64,000 nucleotides of DNA from Clostridiales bacterium. GTDB taxonomy: Bacteria; Bacillota; Clostridia; Oscillospirales; Oscillospiraceae. The translations under genes were made by a program, and so were the position numbers. The stretch is taken from the NCBI GenBank assembly GCA_012719235.1, contig JAAYAR010000066.1, forward strand, positions 1,400 to 65,399, read 5' to 3'. Below the pieces are notes generated by a model. The model was not told the origin of the DNA, did not search any database, and was given only the letters and a program-made list of their open reading frames with translations. Below, in pieces: positions 16,725-25,167 of the stretch. The number at the start of each line of letters is the position of its first letter. Positions within the stretch are counted from its first letter, which is position 1.

Positions 16725-19322
16725 TCAATCAAAAGAGAGTGAAGTTCGTCCTATTATGTCGTCCTGAAGAGCTCTGTCGAGCTCAACAAAGTAAGCGCTG
16801 TATCCCGCAACGCGCACGAGAAGATCCCTGTAGTTGTCGGGTTCTCTCTGCGCGGCGATGAGAGTCTCCTGATCAGCCACGGTAAACTGGCTGTGCATAC
16901 CCTTGCGGTGGATGTATTCCTCGATCAGTGCGATGAGTGCCTCCCGCCCCGTCTCGCCGGACACCGAACCGGGCGCGAACTTCCAGTTGAGCAGGGTCCC
17001 GTTCGTCGCGCGGGCGTGGTCAAGTTTGGTGACCGATCTCAGGATAGCGAGAGGACCCCGGACGTCGTGGGAGCCCAGACGGGTATGGACCGCACCCATG
17101 CAGTCGGAGACGGGCTCAAAGGCCTTTCGCCCGTCGACGGAGGCCCATTGGTTTCTGCCGTGAGCCACGTTGACCGTTACCGAGTACGCTCCGGGCTGGA
17201 AAAAGCCGCCGTGGGCCGCGGGCCGCTTTTCAATGTGTTTGCACCAGGTGTCCATCGCGAATTTCGTCAGCTCGTCGGCATAGTCGTCGTCGTTGCCGTA
17301 GTGATGCACTCTGTCCGAGTTTACGTAGGCGTACAGCGGCTCATAGCCCTCCCAGTTCGCGCGGACAGCATCGAGGAGCTCCTTGCCGGTGATCTTTTTT
17401 TCATCGAAGACGAGTTGTTTTATCGTCGCGAGGCCGTCCCCCGTGGTGCCTATCCCGATGCCCTGGGGGCCGGAAAAATTGTACTTTGTGCCGCCGAGGA
17501 CCACGTCTTTACCCGACTCTACGCAGTTATCCATCAGGATCGAGAGGAGCGGGAGCGGGCGCACCGCCATATGGGCGATATCCACGGCGTTGAGATATCC
17601 CACAAGCCTGTCGCACCAGTATTTCATCTGCTCGTCATACGCCTGCAGGACCTGATCGAAAGACGTCATCGTTTCAAGGCTGCCGGTACGCAGGCCGAGA
17701 CATGAACCTGTCGCCCCGCACTTAGCCCAGCGGGGGCAGGAGGGCCCGCAGTTAAAGCATCGCCCGTCGTTGATCGCGAGCTCCAGCACTCTGGCGATAT
17801 TCATATGCCCGCAGTCGTGCCAGCCGTATTCCTTGCCGGACACGTCCGGCTCAACGCACCCGACGACGTGGTAGTTGCGCGCGTCCTCAAGCTCGATGCC
17901 CGAAGAGAGCATGGAGGGTATCGTCACGTCATCGTTGAAGATCTTCGGCTCGCCCGTACCGAGTCGGATGGTGTTTGCTATCTTTACTTTGAGCTCCCGC
18001 GGTGTGCCGCTGTGCATCCGCACCGCGAGCCACGGGTTGGGGATCCGCACGTGGGCATGGGCGTCAAGAGCCATGAACGTGAGCTCGTTCGTGCCGTCGC
18101 TCCCGTCGGGGAGGATGCCTCCGACCGTCATCGCAGGGCCGCCGATGCCCCCGTTGCCGAACGTCTTGATGAGCACGTGGTTCCTCAGCTTGTTCATGTC
18201 CCAGATCTTTATGTAGAAGTTTTCGATGAGCTCCTGAATGGCGGCGCGGGTCGAGGTCCCCGTGTCAATATCGCGGCGGAAGAACGGGTACAAGTACTGG
18301 TCGAAACGCCCGTACGATACGGAGTGGCCGCTGGATTCGATCAGGATCATGGCATTTGCGAAGTGGAGGAGCTGCAGCGCTTCCCAGAACGTGCGGGGCG
18401 GATTGACGCTGATCCATTCGCAATTGGAGGCTATCTGGAGGAGCTCCTCCTGCCTCGCGGGGTTTTTTTCGGCCGAGGCCATCTCCCGCGCCAGCGCCGC
18501 GTACCGCTTTATATGTGCGGAGGCTGCATCGTTGACGATCCCCGCCGCTTTATAGAACACGCTTTTTTCGATATCCCCGGGTTTTGACATATCCAGCTTT
18601 GATTCGTACTCGTCGATAAGGTCCGCTATGCCGCCGAAGCCCAGCCTCATCAGGCGCTCCTGCTCAATGCCGAGATGCCCCGCGCCGCAGAAAACGTACG
18701 CGTCCGCGAAGAATACTCCCTTACCGTCATGGGAGCCTTTGACGAGCTCTTCGGTCACGAGGCTGTCGGTGTAATCCTGTACGGTGCAGCCGTCCCAGAA
18801 GCCGCGGATGGATTCGAGCTCCTCCTGTGTCCGGGGCGTGTAGGAGAAATAGTCGTGGGTCCTCTGCTCGCTGTAATCCATGAGGCCGTTGCGCATCTCG
18901 TCGACGACCCAGTTCAGGCCGAATTCGGGGTGGACGGGAGCGCCCTTTTTGTCGCAGCCCAGACAGCCGACAATAAGCTCGTCGTCATATATGTATATCG
19001 GCGTGTTGAGCAGGACGTTCGCTATCCCTCTGGCGCACTTCAGTTCCTGCGGTTCCCCGGGGTGTTCTTTGTATGCCTGCGTTACGAGCATTGCCCGCTC
19101 GGGGGATACGAAACCGTTGGTGGTTTTTTTCGTGACAGAGAGTATCCTGTTGATCCTCGGGAACGGCGACGGTTCCGGCGTGTTGCCGGAGATGGCGACG
19201 CCCCACTCCTTATCCCAGGGTTCGATCTCCCGGGGTTTTGTGTCTATCAAGAACGCGTTTTTATACGCGTCGCGGTTCAGACGCACGTTTTCTTCACTCG
19301 TCAGTGTCAATCGTTCGGACAT
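16725..19322 (-). CDS. Glycyl-radical enzyme, PFL-fold, GCxE (eliminase/decarboxylase-type) active site; substrate unknown
   Basis: The C-terminal glycyl motif is LLVRVAGYSAYFVEL. The thiyl loop is HVVGCVEPDVSGKEYGWHD. Start trimmed to MSERLTL (19322), after GGAAGGAGAG. Confidence 0.9.
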   Translation of the reverse strand: MSERLTLTSEENVRLNRDAYKNAFLIDTKPREIEPWDKEWGVAISGNTPEPSPFPRINRILSVTKKTTNGFVSPERAMLVTQAYKEHPGEPQELKCARGIANVLLNTPIYIYDDELIVGCLGCDKKGAPVHPEFGLNWVVDEMRNGLMDYSEQRTHDYFSYTPRTQEELESIRGFWDGCTVQDYTDSLVTEELVKGSHDGKGVFFADAYVFCGAGHLGIEQERLMRLGFGGIADLIDEYESKLDMSKPGDIEKSVFYKAAGIVNDAASAHIKRYAALAREMASAEKNPARQEELLQIASNCEWISVNPPRTFWEALQLLHFANAMILIESSGHSVSYGRFDQYLYPFFRRDIDTGTSTRAAIQELIENFYIKIWDMNKLRNHVLIKTFGNGGIGGPAMTVGGILPDGSDGTNELTFMALDAHAHVRIPNPWLAVRMHSGTPRELKVKIANTIRLGTGEPKIFNDDVTIPSMLSSGIELEDARNYHVVGCVEPDVSGKEYGWHDCGHMNIARVLELAINDGRCFNCGPSCPRWAKCGATGSCLGLRTGSLETMTSFDQVLQAYDEQMKYWCDRLVGYLNAVDIAHMAVRPLPLLSILMDNCVESGKDVVLGGTKYNFSGPQGIGIGTTGDGLATIKQLVFDEKKITGKELLDAVRANWEGYEPLYAYVNSDRVHHYGNDDDYADELTKFAMDTWCKHIEKRPAAHGGFFQPGAYSVTVNVAHGRNQWASVDGRKAFEPVSDCMGAVHTRLGSHDVRGPLAILRSVTKLDHARATNGTLLNWKFAPGSVSGETGREALIALIEEYIHRKGMHSQFTVADQETLIAAQREPDNYRDLLVRVAGYSAYFVELDRALQDDIIGRTSLSFD

Positions 19323-19463
19323 TATAATCTCTCCTTCCGGTCGGTCCGCTGCGGCGAGCATCGCAGAGAATGCTGATTATACAATGATCTTAATATTAAA
19401 TTATACCACTGTTTTGCGCAAAATGATAGTGGACAGCCCGCGTCTTCCAATCTTCCGGGTGGA

Positions 19464-21494
19464 TTACAATAGTTCCCTGTAGTACAGCCCGCCGGTGCGG
19501 GGGGACGCGCTTTTTTGCCCTGTCAGGTATTCGCCGATTATTTTCGAGATCTCCTCGCGGTCTTCAACGGTGAAGTACAGGAGCAGGTATTCAAGACCGT
19601 CGAGATTCCTGTCCGCTATATGGAGCGGTACGCTGTTCAGGAGCGTGCTGAAGCCTCTGCCGTCGCATACGACCGGGAAGCGTACTCCCAGCCTGTCGGT
19701 AAGGAGGGCGCTGCCGCCGCAGGATGAGCAGCCTGACGCCGGGCGGGCGGGGCATAAACGCAGACGCATAAGCGGCAGCCTCCCGTAAGCGACGATCCCC
19801 CTGGGTATAGAGCCGCCCAGCTGCTTTATGGAACGCATTGACAGTTCAAATGAGACTGTGGCCGAGATGATACCCGCGCCCCGGTATATTTCAAGGGCGG
19901 CCGTGTTGGTGATATTGAGGCCCGCACCGCCGCGAACGCTGAGACCGAGCTCTTTTCCCAGGCGGACGCCGTAGATATTGTCGGCCATGACCTCACGAAG
20001 CCCCGCGTTTTTCAGCGACCCGAGGCGGCGGACAAGATCGGCCTCGTCGTTGGGGAACAGAACTGCTGGAAGTTCGGCAATGAGTTTGCCGCCGTATTTT
20101 TCTATCGTATCCGTCGTTATCTCGTACGCCGGAAGTATGATTTTCTCAAGCTCGTCCGCTCCGGCGACACGGCCGCAGGCGGAAAACCGCCCCCACAGCT
20201 CCCCGCGCCCGGAAAAAGTGTGAGCGGGAGCGATGTTCGTGCGCCGGTTTTTCGCCTCGGCGGGTACTATATCTGCCCTCGCATTATACAGAGCGTCAAG
20301 CGCTTTCCTGCGCAGCGCGTTCAGCTCTGCGGCCGCAAGGAAAAGCCCCGGTGCGATGTTTGCGACAAAGCTTTTGACATAGAAGGGCGTTCCGCCTGTC
20401 CTTGTCAGATAATCCTCTGCGCTCCGGCCGTCAAGAGGATGGTTGAGCGCGGACACGGCGCGGGCTCCGTATATGGTGACGCTGCGGTCCCCGTCGCTGA
20501 CGGACAGCTCCGAAGGGCTGTCGGGCTCCAGGCGAAAACACATGTCAACGCCGACAAGCGGGGTCTCCGATTTGTAAAGGGAGCGCAGCGACTTCAGCAC
20601 GAGCTCCGTGCCGGCGGCGTCTTCTTTCAGACGGCGGCCGAACATGCCGTTATCGTGCTTTCCGGTGAGATATCCGTCGGTAAAGCCTGACCTTGAAAAA
20701 ACGCGCTTGAGGATCTCCGTATCGATGTCCTCGCCCGCAAGAGCGCGTTTACACGCGGTGACCGCGGCGGCTACGTACTCGGGGCGCTTCATTCTGCCCT
20801 CTATCTTGAACGACCCGATACCCGAGCGCGCCATATCACGAAGATGCGATATACATGAAAGGTCCTTAAGCGAGAGCGCGTATTCCCTGACGCCGCTGCG
20901 GAAGTTCAACCTGCAGGGCTGAGCGCACATGCCGCGGTTCCCGCTCCGGCCGCCGATGGCGGACGAAAGATAGCACATCCCGGACACGCTCATGCAGTGC
21001 GCTCCGTGGACGAAAGCTTCAGTACCTATGCTGACGGCGGCGCAGATCTTCTCCATCTCGTCGAGAGAGAGCTCCCTTGCAAGGACAATGCGGTCAAAGC
21101 CCATGTCCTCAAGCTGCCGCGCTCCGCTCACGTTGTGGACCGCCGTCTGCGTCGACGCCAGCCGCTCGATGGACGGATACTTGTTTAAAAGCAGGTCAAG
21201 CACAGCCATGTCCTGTATGATAATACCGTTTGCTCCCGAGGCGGCTATCATATCGACCTCGCGCTCCACATCGTCAAGCTCGCTGTCCGTCACAACGGTG
21301 TTCACCGTGACGTAGAGCTTTACGCCGCGGGCGCGGCAATATGCCGCCGCCTCTTTCAGTGTCGTTTCATCAAAGTTTTCGGCCCTGCGCCGGGCGTTGA
21401 AATTTTTGGTGCCGAGATACACGGCATCGGCTCCGCAGCGAACGGCGGCGGTGAGATGCTCCATTCCTCCGGCAGGCGCTAATATTTCAGGCAT
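19464..21494 (-). CDS. U32-family protein (long, DUF3656-type architecture)
   Basis: MPEILAPAGGMEHLTAAVRCGADAVYLG is a typical U32 N-terminus. Also EAFVHGAHCMSVSGMCYLS and CAQPCR motifs. About 676 aa. Confidence 0.85.
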   Translation of the reverse strand: MPEILAPAGGMEHLTAAVRCGADAVYLGTKNFNARRRAENFDETTLKEAAAYCRARGVKLYVTVNTVVTDSELDDVEREVDMIAASGANGIIIQDMAVLDLLLNKYPSIERLASTQTAVHNVSGARQLEDMGFDRIVLARELSLDEMEKICAAVSIGTEAFVHGAHCMSVSGMCYLSSAIGGRSGNRGMCAQPCRLNFRSGVREYALSLKDLSCISHLRDMARSGIGSFKIEGRMKRPEYVAAAVTACKRALAGEDIDTEILKRVFSRSGFTDGYLTGKHDNGMFGRRLKEDAAGTELVLKSLRSLYKSETPLVGVDMCFRLEPDSPSELSVSDGDRSVTIYGARAVSALNHPLDGRSAEDYLTRTGGTPFYVKSFVANIAPGLFLAAAELNALRRKALDALYNARADIVPAEAKNRRTNIAPAHTFSGRGELWGRFSACGRVAGADELEKIILPAYEITTDTIEKYGGKLIAELPAVLFPNDEADLVRRLGSLKNAGLREVMADNIYGVRLGKELGLSVRGGAGLNITNTAALEIYRGAGIISATVSFELSMRSIKQLGGSIPRGIVAYGRLPLMRLRLCPARPASGCSSCGGSALLTDRLGVRFPVVCDGRGFSTLLNSVPLHIADRNLDGLEYLLLYFTVEDREEISKIIGEYLTGQKSASPRTGGLYYRELL

Positions 21495-21516
21495 TCGGGT
21501 AAACCATCCTTGTCTG

Positions 21517-22584
21517 TCAGGGCAGGAGTTTCGCGTTGAACTCATCTGCCGCGCGTATCACGGCCCGCAGGTTTTCGCCCTTCGCTCCCATCGGAACGCC
21601 GCCGCCGACACTGAGCAGGAGCCCTCCGGGGCCGCCGTTAACATCGCAGTATCTGTGAAGGATCCGCTTTGATTCGGAGTACACCTCTTCCGGTGTCAGG
21701 CGGGACAGTGACATGGGGGGCACGTTGCCCATCAGGACCACTCTTTCTCCGACAGCCCTGCGGACGGAGCCGATATCGATCCCGTGTGAAAAATTGAAAA
21801 TGTCCACACCCATAGCGTCGAGGAACGGATAGCAGGAATCCCTCGGCGTATCGTTATGGAACATGTGGATCATGCCGGGGAAAGCGTCGAAGATCTCCCT
21901 GAAGAGCGGGAAGGCTGTTCTGAGGAACGTATCGGCGTCAAGAAACCCGCATACGTCGTCCAGGACCATGACGGCCTCCGCTGTACGGACGCTCTCCAGC
22001 TGCGCTTGAAGCCACCTTATTACAAGGCGGGTCGTCTTGCGAAGGAGCTTCAGCACGACCTCCGGTTCTTCCATGACGGATATCAACAGATCTGTCATCG
22101 GGAGCAGGTGCGACGCGATCGTAAAGGGTCCCCGCGCGCAGACCATCGGGACTATCTCGCCAATCTCTTCTATCCGGGGCATGTGCATGCGCTGCATATT
22201 CAGTATCAGCGGCATCAGGCCGTCGGCGCGCGGGTCGGGGTCGGGGAGTGAGGCGGTGATTTCCCCGATCTTATCCTGGCTGTCGATCACGGGGTAAACG
22301 GTCGGCATATTGTCGTCGGAAAAGCGGATCCGCGCACCGAATCCGCTTGGCTCGGCCGCCATTCCGTATTCGACCCACCAGTCCGGCAGGAACGAAACGG
22401 TGGGAAAATCATTGTGCACCTTCTTATAATCCTCAAACCAGATATCCGGTCGGCAGTAAAAATCAAGGAAAGAGCAGCCGCAATAACCGGGGATCCACGG
22501 ACTGTCGATTATTGCCGCAGCGGCGACACATTTGTTTGTGCCTTTCACGGTGCTCGTGATTGCTTCCCATTGGGCTCTTGTCAT
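21517..22584 (-). CDS. Uroporphyrinogen-decarboxylase (URO-D) superfamily protein, MtaA/CmuA-like
   Basis: 355 aa with the URO-D fold pattern (IIDSPWIPGYCG..., FHNDTPRDSCYPFLDAMGVDIFNFSH, VVLMGNVPP). It ends 22 nt before the U32 start. Confidence 0.75.
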   Translation of the reverse strand: MTRAQWEAITSTVKGTNKCVAAAAIIDSPWIPGYCGCSFLDFYCRPDIWFEDYKKVHNDFPTVSFLPDWWVEYGMAAEPSGFGARIRFSDDNMPTVYPVIDSQDKIGEITASLPDPDPRADGLMPLILNMQRMHMPRIEEIGEIVPMVCARGPFTIASHLLPMTDLLISVMEEPEVVLKLLRKTTRLVIRWLQAQLESVRTAEAVMVLDDVCGFLDADTFLRTAFPLFREIFDAFPGMIHMFHNDTPRDSCYPFLDAMGVDIFNFSHGIDIGSVRRAVGERVVLMGNVPPMSLSRLTPEEVYSESKRILHRYCDVNGGPGGLLLSVGGGVPMGAKGENLRAVIRAADEFNAKLLP

Positions 22585-22806
22585 ATGTGCAGATCCTTTC
22601 CTTTCCCCCGGAGATCGGCGGCGGCCGGTTTTATTTTACTATCCTGCCCGGAAACGTCAATAGAAAACGCCGCAGAGCTCCGGGGCGACGGAACAATACC
22701 CGGGATTTCATCATAAACTGCTCTGTAGGTCCGCCCGAAAAAGAGCGTGAACGCATGCGCGGGCGGGATGCGGAGTTTTGGGAGGGTATCGGGGTGAGGG
22801 CGCAGT

Positions 22807-23292
22807 ATGAGAGAGCGTTCATATAACAGGGAGGCCGCAGTCGAATATGCGGAAAGATGGGCTCTCGGCAGAAATCCAGCCTACTACAGCTTCAACGGAC
22901 TCGGAGGCGACTGTACTAACTTCGCGTCGCAGTGTATCTTTGCCGGGAGCGGCGTTATGAATTACACGCCTGTAACGGGCTGGTACTACATATCCGCGAA
23001 CAACAGAACGGCCTCATGGACGGGTGTGGAGCATCTGTACAACTTCCTCGTCGGAAATAAAGGGGCTGGGCCTTTCGCGAAGACCGTACAGAGGGGCGGT
23101 GCGGAGGCAGGCGATATAGTGCAGCTGGGCAGGGATGACGGCACGTTCTATCACTCGCCCGTTATAGTCGGCATAAAAAATGGCGAGATCTACGTAGCGA
23201 CACATACGTATGATTCACTGTGGCGGCCGCTCTCTTCATACGTGTACGCACGGGCGCGGTTTATACATATCCTCGGAGTCAGAGTATATTGA
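22807..23292 (+). CDS. Putative amidase-domain (papain-like Cys hydrolase) protein
   Basis: YNREAAVEYAERWALGRNPAYYSF..GGDCTNFASQCIFAGS...FYHSPVIV matches the 'putative amidase domain' pattern. Confidence 0.7.
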   Translation: MRERSYNREAAVEYAERWALGRNPAYYSFNGLGGDCTNFASQCIFAGSGVMNYTPVTGWYYISANNRTASWTGVEHLYNFLVGNKGAGPFAKTVQRGGAEAGDIVQLGRDDGTFYHSPVIVGIKNGEIYVATHTYDSLWRPLSSYVYARARFIHILGVRVY

Positions 23293-23307
23293 GGCGCGCG
23301 GGATGCG

Positions 23308-23343
23308 GCGCCCCGCACCGGGAACAGGTCCGGTGCGGGGCGC
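23308..23343. terminator. GC-rich hairpin between the convergent amidase-domain gene and the hydrolase gene
   Basis: GCGCCCCGCACCGG-loop-CCGGTGCGGGGCGC. Confidence 0.6.
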
Positions 23344-23419
23344 GGTCTCATACACGCGGCTATCCGGCCGTATCGCGTTCGCGAACGTACGATCGCAGAT
23401 TTGTCAAAACGCCGGAAAA

Positions 23420-25153
23420 CTAACTGAAATCGTTTGCGGTATTAAGGAAAACCGCGGCAGTGACGCAGCAGAAAGGCCAGTCGGGGGAGAAGGGTGTAAA
23501 ATCGCGCTCAGCCGTACCGGTCGGATCTATGGCAAAAGCAAAGCCCTCCTTTGCCACTGCCGCCAGGTAGTCGGCTGCCGCCGCTCTGGCGGCGTCCTCA
23601 AGACCGGAAGCCTTGAGCCCCTGAATGAGCGTCAGCTGCATCGGAGCGGCGATGCGGCCCCGCGCAGTGGCGCCGAGATCATAGCGCGGGCTTCTCAGAG
23701 ATTCGGAGCCGAAGCCGCCGCTTGTTTTAAACGTGCCGGCATTGAGTATGCCTGAGGTCAGAGCCGAAAGAACGTCGGCGGGCAGGCGCTTTCCCAGAAT
23801 AACGGGGGTCAGGGCGAGGGCGCTGTTTGAGGAGAATTTCTCCCCGGTCACCGCATTTTCGACAAGGAACACCTCGCCGTTCCACAGGTTCTTAACAAGG
23901 TAATCTATCATCGACTGCGATTTCGCGGCCCAGGAGGCGGCCTTTTCGTTTCGGCGCGTCAGCGCCGCTAGCCGGGAGCAGGCTTCAAAAAGCAGAGCCG
24001 TATATGCCAGAAGGTCCGGTGTCCGGGCGGGCAGGCCGTGGTCGAACAGGCTCGAATCATAGTATCCGCAGTCGCGCCCCGTAACGTAACAGGGAGCGCC
24101 CTTGCCTCCCGGATCGCGCGAATCCATCCACCAGTTCGCGTAGCGCGTCAGGCAGTGGTACATGTCGTCGTAGTCCATGTACCTGAGCCGCGCAGTATCA
24201 AGGTTGTCAAGTATCCAGCAGACGGCCCATCCGTAGATCGGCATTCTGGAGGAGACCCATTCGAATTGATTCTCCTCATTGATCGAATCGGGGATGTCCC
24301 CGTCCTCAGCCTGGTAGGCGAACACGTTCTTGATATATCTCCACGCGGCTTTCGCGTTTTTCACGAAAGCCATTGCGGCGATCGGCTGATGCCACATGTA
24401 CGCCCTTATAAGGTGCAGCTTCGTCGCGTAGAAAACGTTGTTCTTCAGAGCGCGGTCGGGGCCGATCTCACTTATCCAGAGCAGATATTTCGCTGCCTCG
24501 GCCATTTCCGCGTACTCGCCGGCGGGGTCCGGAAGGTCGGTGCAAAACAGCCGGAACGCTTCTTTCGTGTTCTCGTATGCGAGGTCGAAGCGTATGTACT
24601 TCTCGGCGGGCCTGTTGTTTGAATCGAAGTGGTAGAGAGCGATCTCGCCGGTGCCGCATTCGGATACCGGGTTCACCGACAGGTGAAAATCATCCGACGC
24701 GGCGTTTCTGAAGTTCCATTTTGAGTTCTCCTCCATGCAGCCGGGAACGATCGGGACAAAATCAAACTTGCCGAAAGAGCCGGCCATCTGGAAGACGTCG
24801 TCATCTACATAGCAGGCGCCTTCAAAGGCGGCGGTCTCGTAGTTGAACCGGACGCTTATGCCCGTGACGCGGACGCGCAGTATGCCGCCGGACTGAAAAA
24901 CGAACTCCGCCGTACCCTTTTCGGTCGTGACCGTCAGCTTCGCGGGCTCGCAGAAATAGGTGAACGGCAGTTCGTTCTCTCCGTCAGTAAACGTTAAGGT
25001 CAATCCCCGGGGGATACCGTCGCCGATAAACTGGGAGTGGGAAGATGTCAGCAGCAGCCCGTGATCCGGACCGTTCTCGATTATGCAGACATACGAGCCT
25101 CTTGTGCTGAAAGGCACTCTGTCAAGCCGGAATTTTTCATTTGTACCAAACAT
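23420..25153 (-). CDS. Six-hairpin (alpha/alpha)6 glycoside-hydrolase-like protein (GH63/MGH1/trehalase-like); function tentative
   Basis: 577 aa, with an N-terminal beta-rich region followed by helical repeats (YMWHQPIAAMAF, GYYDSSLFD, LALTPVILGKRLP). It is a paralog of the next gene. Confidence 0.55.
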   Translation of the reverse strand: MFGTNEKFRLDRVPFSTRGSYVCIIENGPDHGLLLTSSHSQFIGDGIPRGLTLTFTDGENELPFTYFCEPAKLTVTTEKGTAEFVFQSGGILRVRVTGISVRFNYETAAFEGACYVDDDVFQMAGSFGKFDFVPIVPGCMEENSKWNFRNAASDDFHLSVNPVSECGTGEIALYHFDSNNRPAEKYIRFDLAYENTKEAFRLFCTDLPDPAGEYAEMAEAAKYLLWISEIGPDRALKNNVFYATKLHLIRAYMWHQPIAAMAFVKNAKAAWRYIKNVFAYQAEDGDIPDSINEENQFEWVSSRMPIYGWAVCWILDNLDTARLRYMDYDDMYHCLTRYANWWMDSRDPGGKGAPCYVTGRDCGYYDSSLFDHGLPARTPDLLAYTALLFEACSRLAALTRRNEKAASWAAKSQSMIDYLVKNLWNGEVFLVENAVTGEKFSSNSALALTPVILGKRLPADVLSALTSGILNAGTFKTSGGFGSESLRSPRYDLGATARGRIAAPMQLTLIQGLKASGLEDAARAAAADYLAAVAKEGFAFAIDPTGTAERDFTPFSPDWPFCCVTAAVFLNTANDFS

Positions 25154-25167
25154 CTTTCTCTCTCCTT

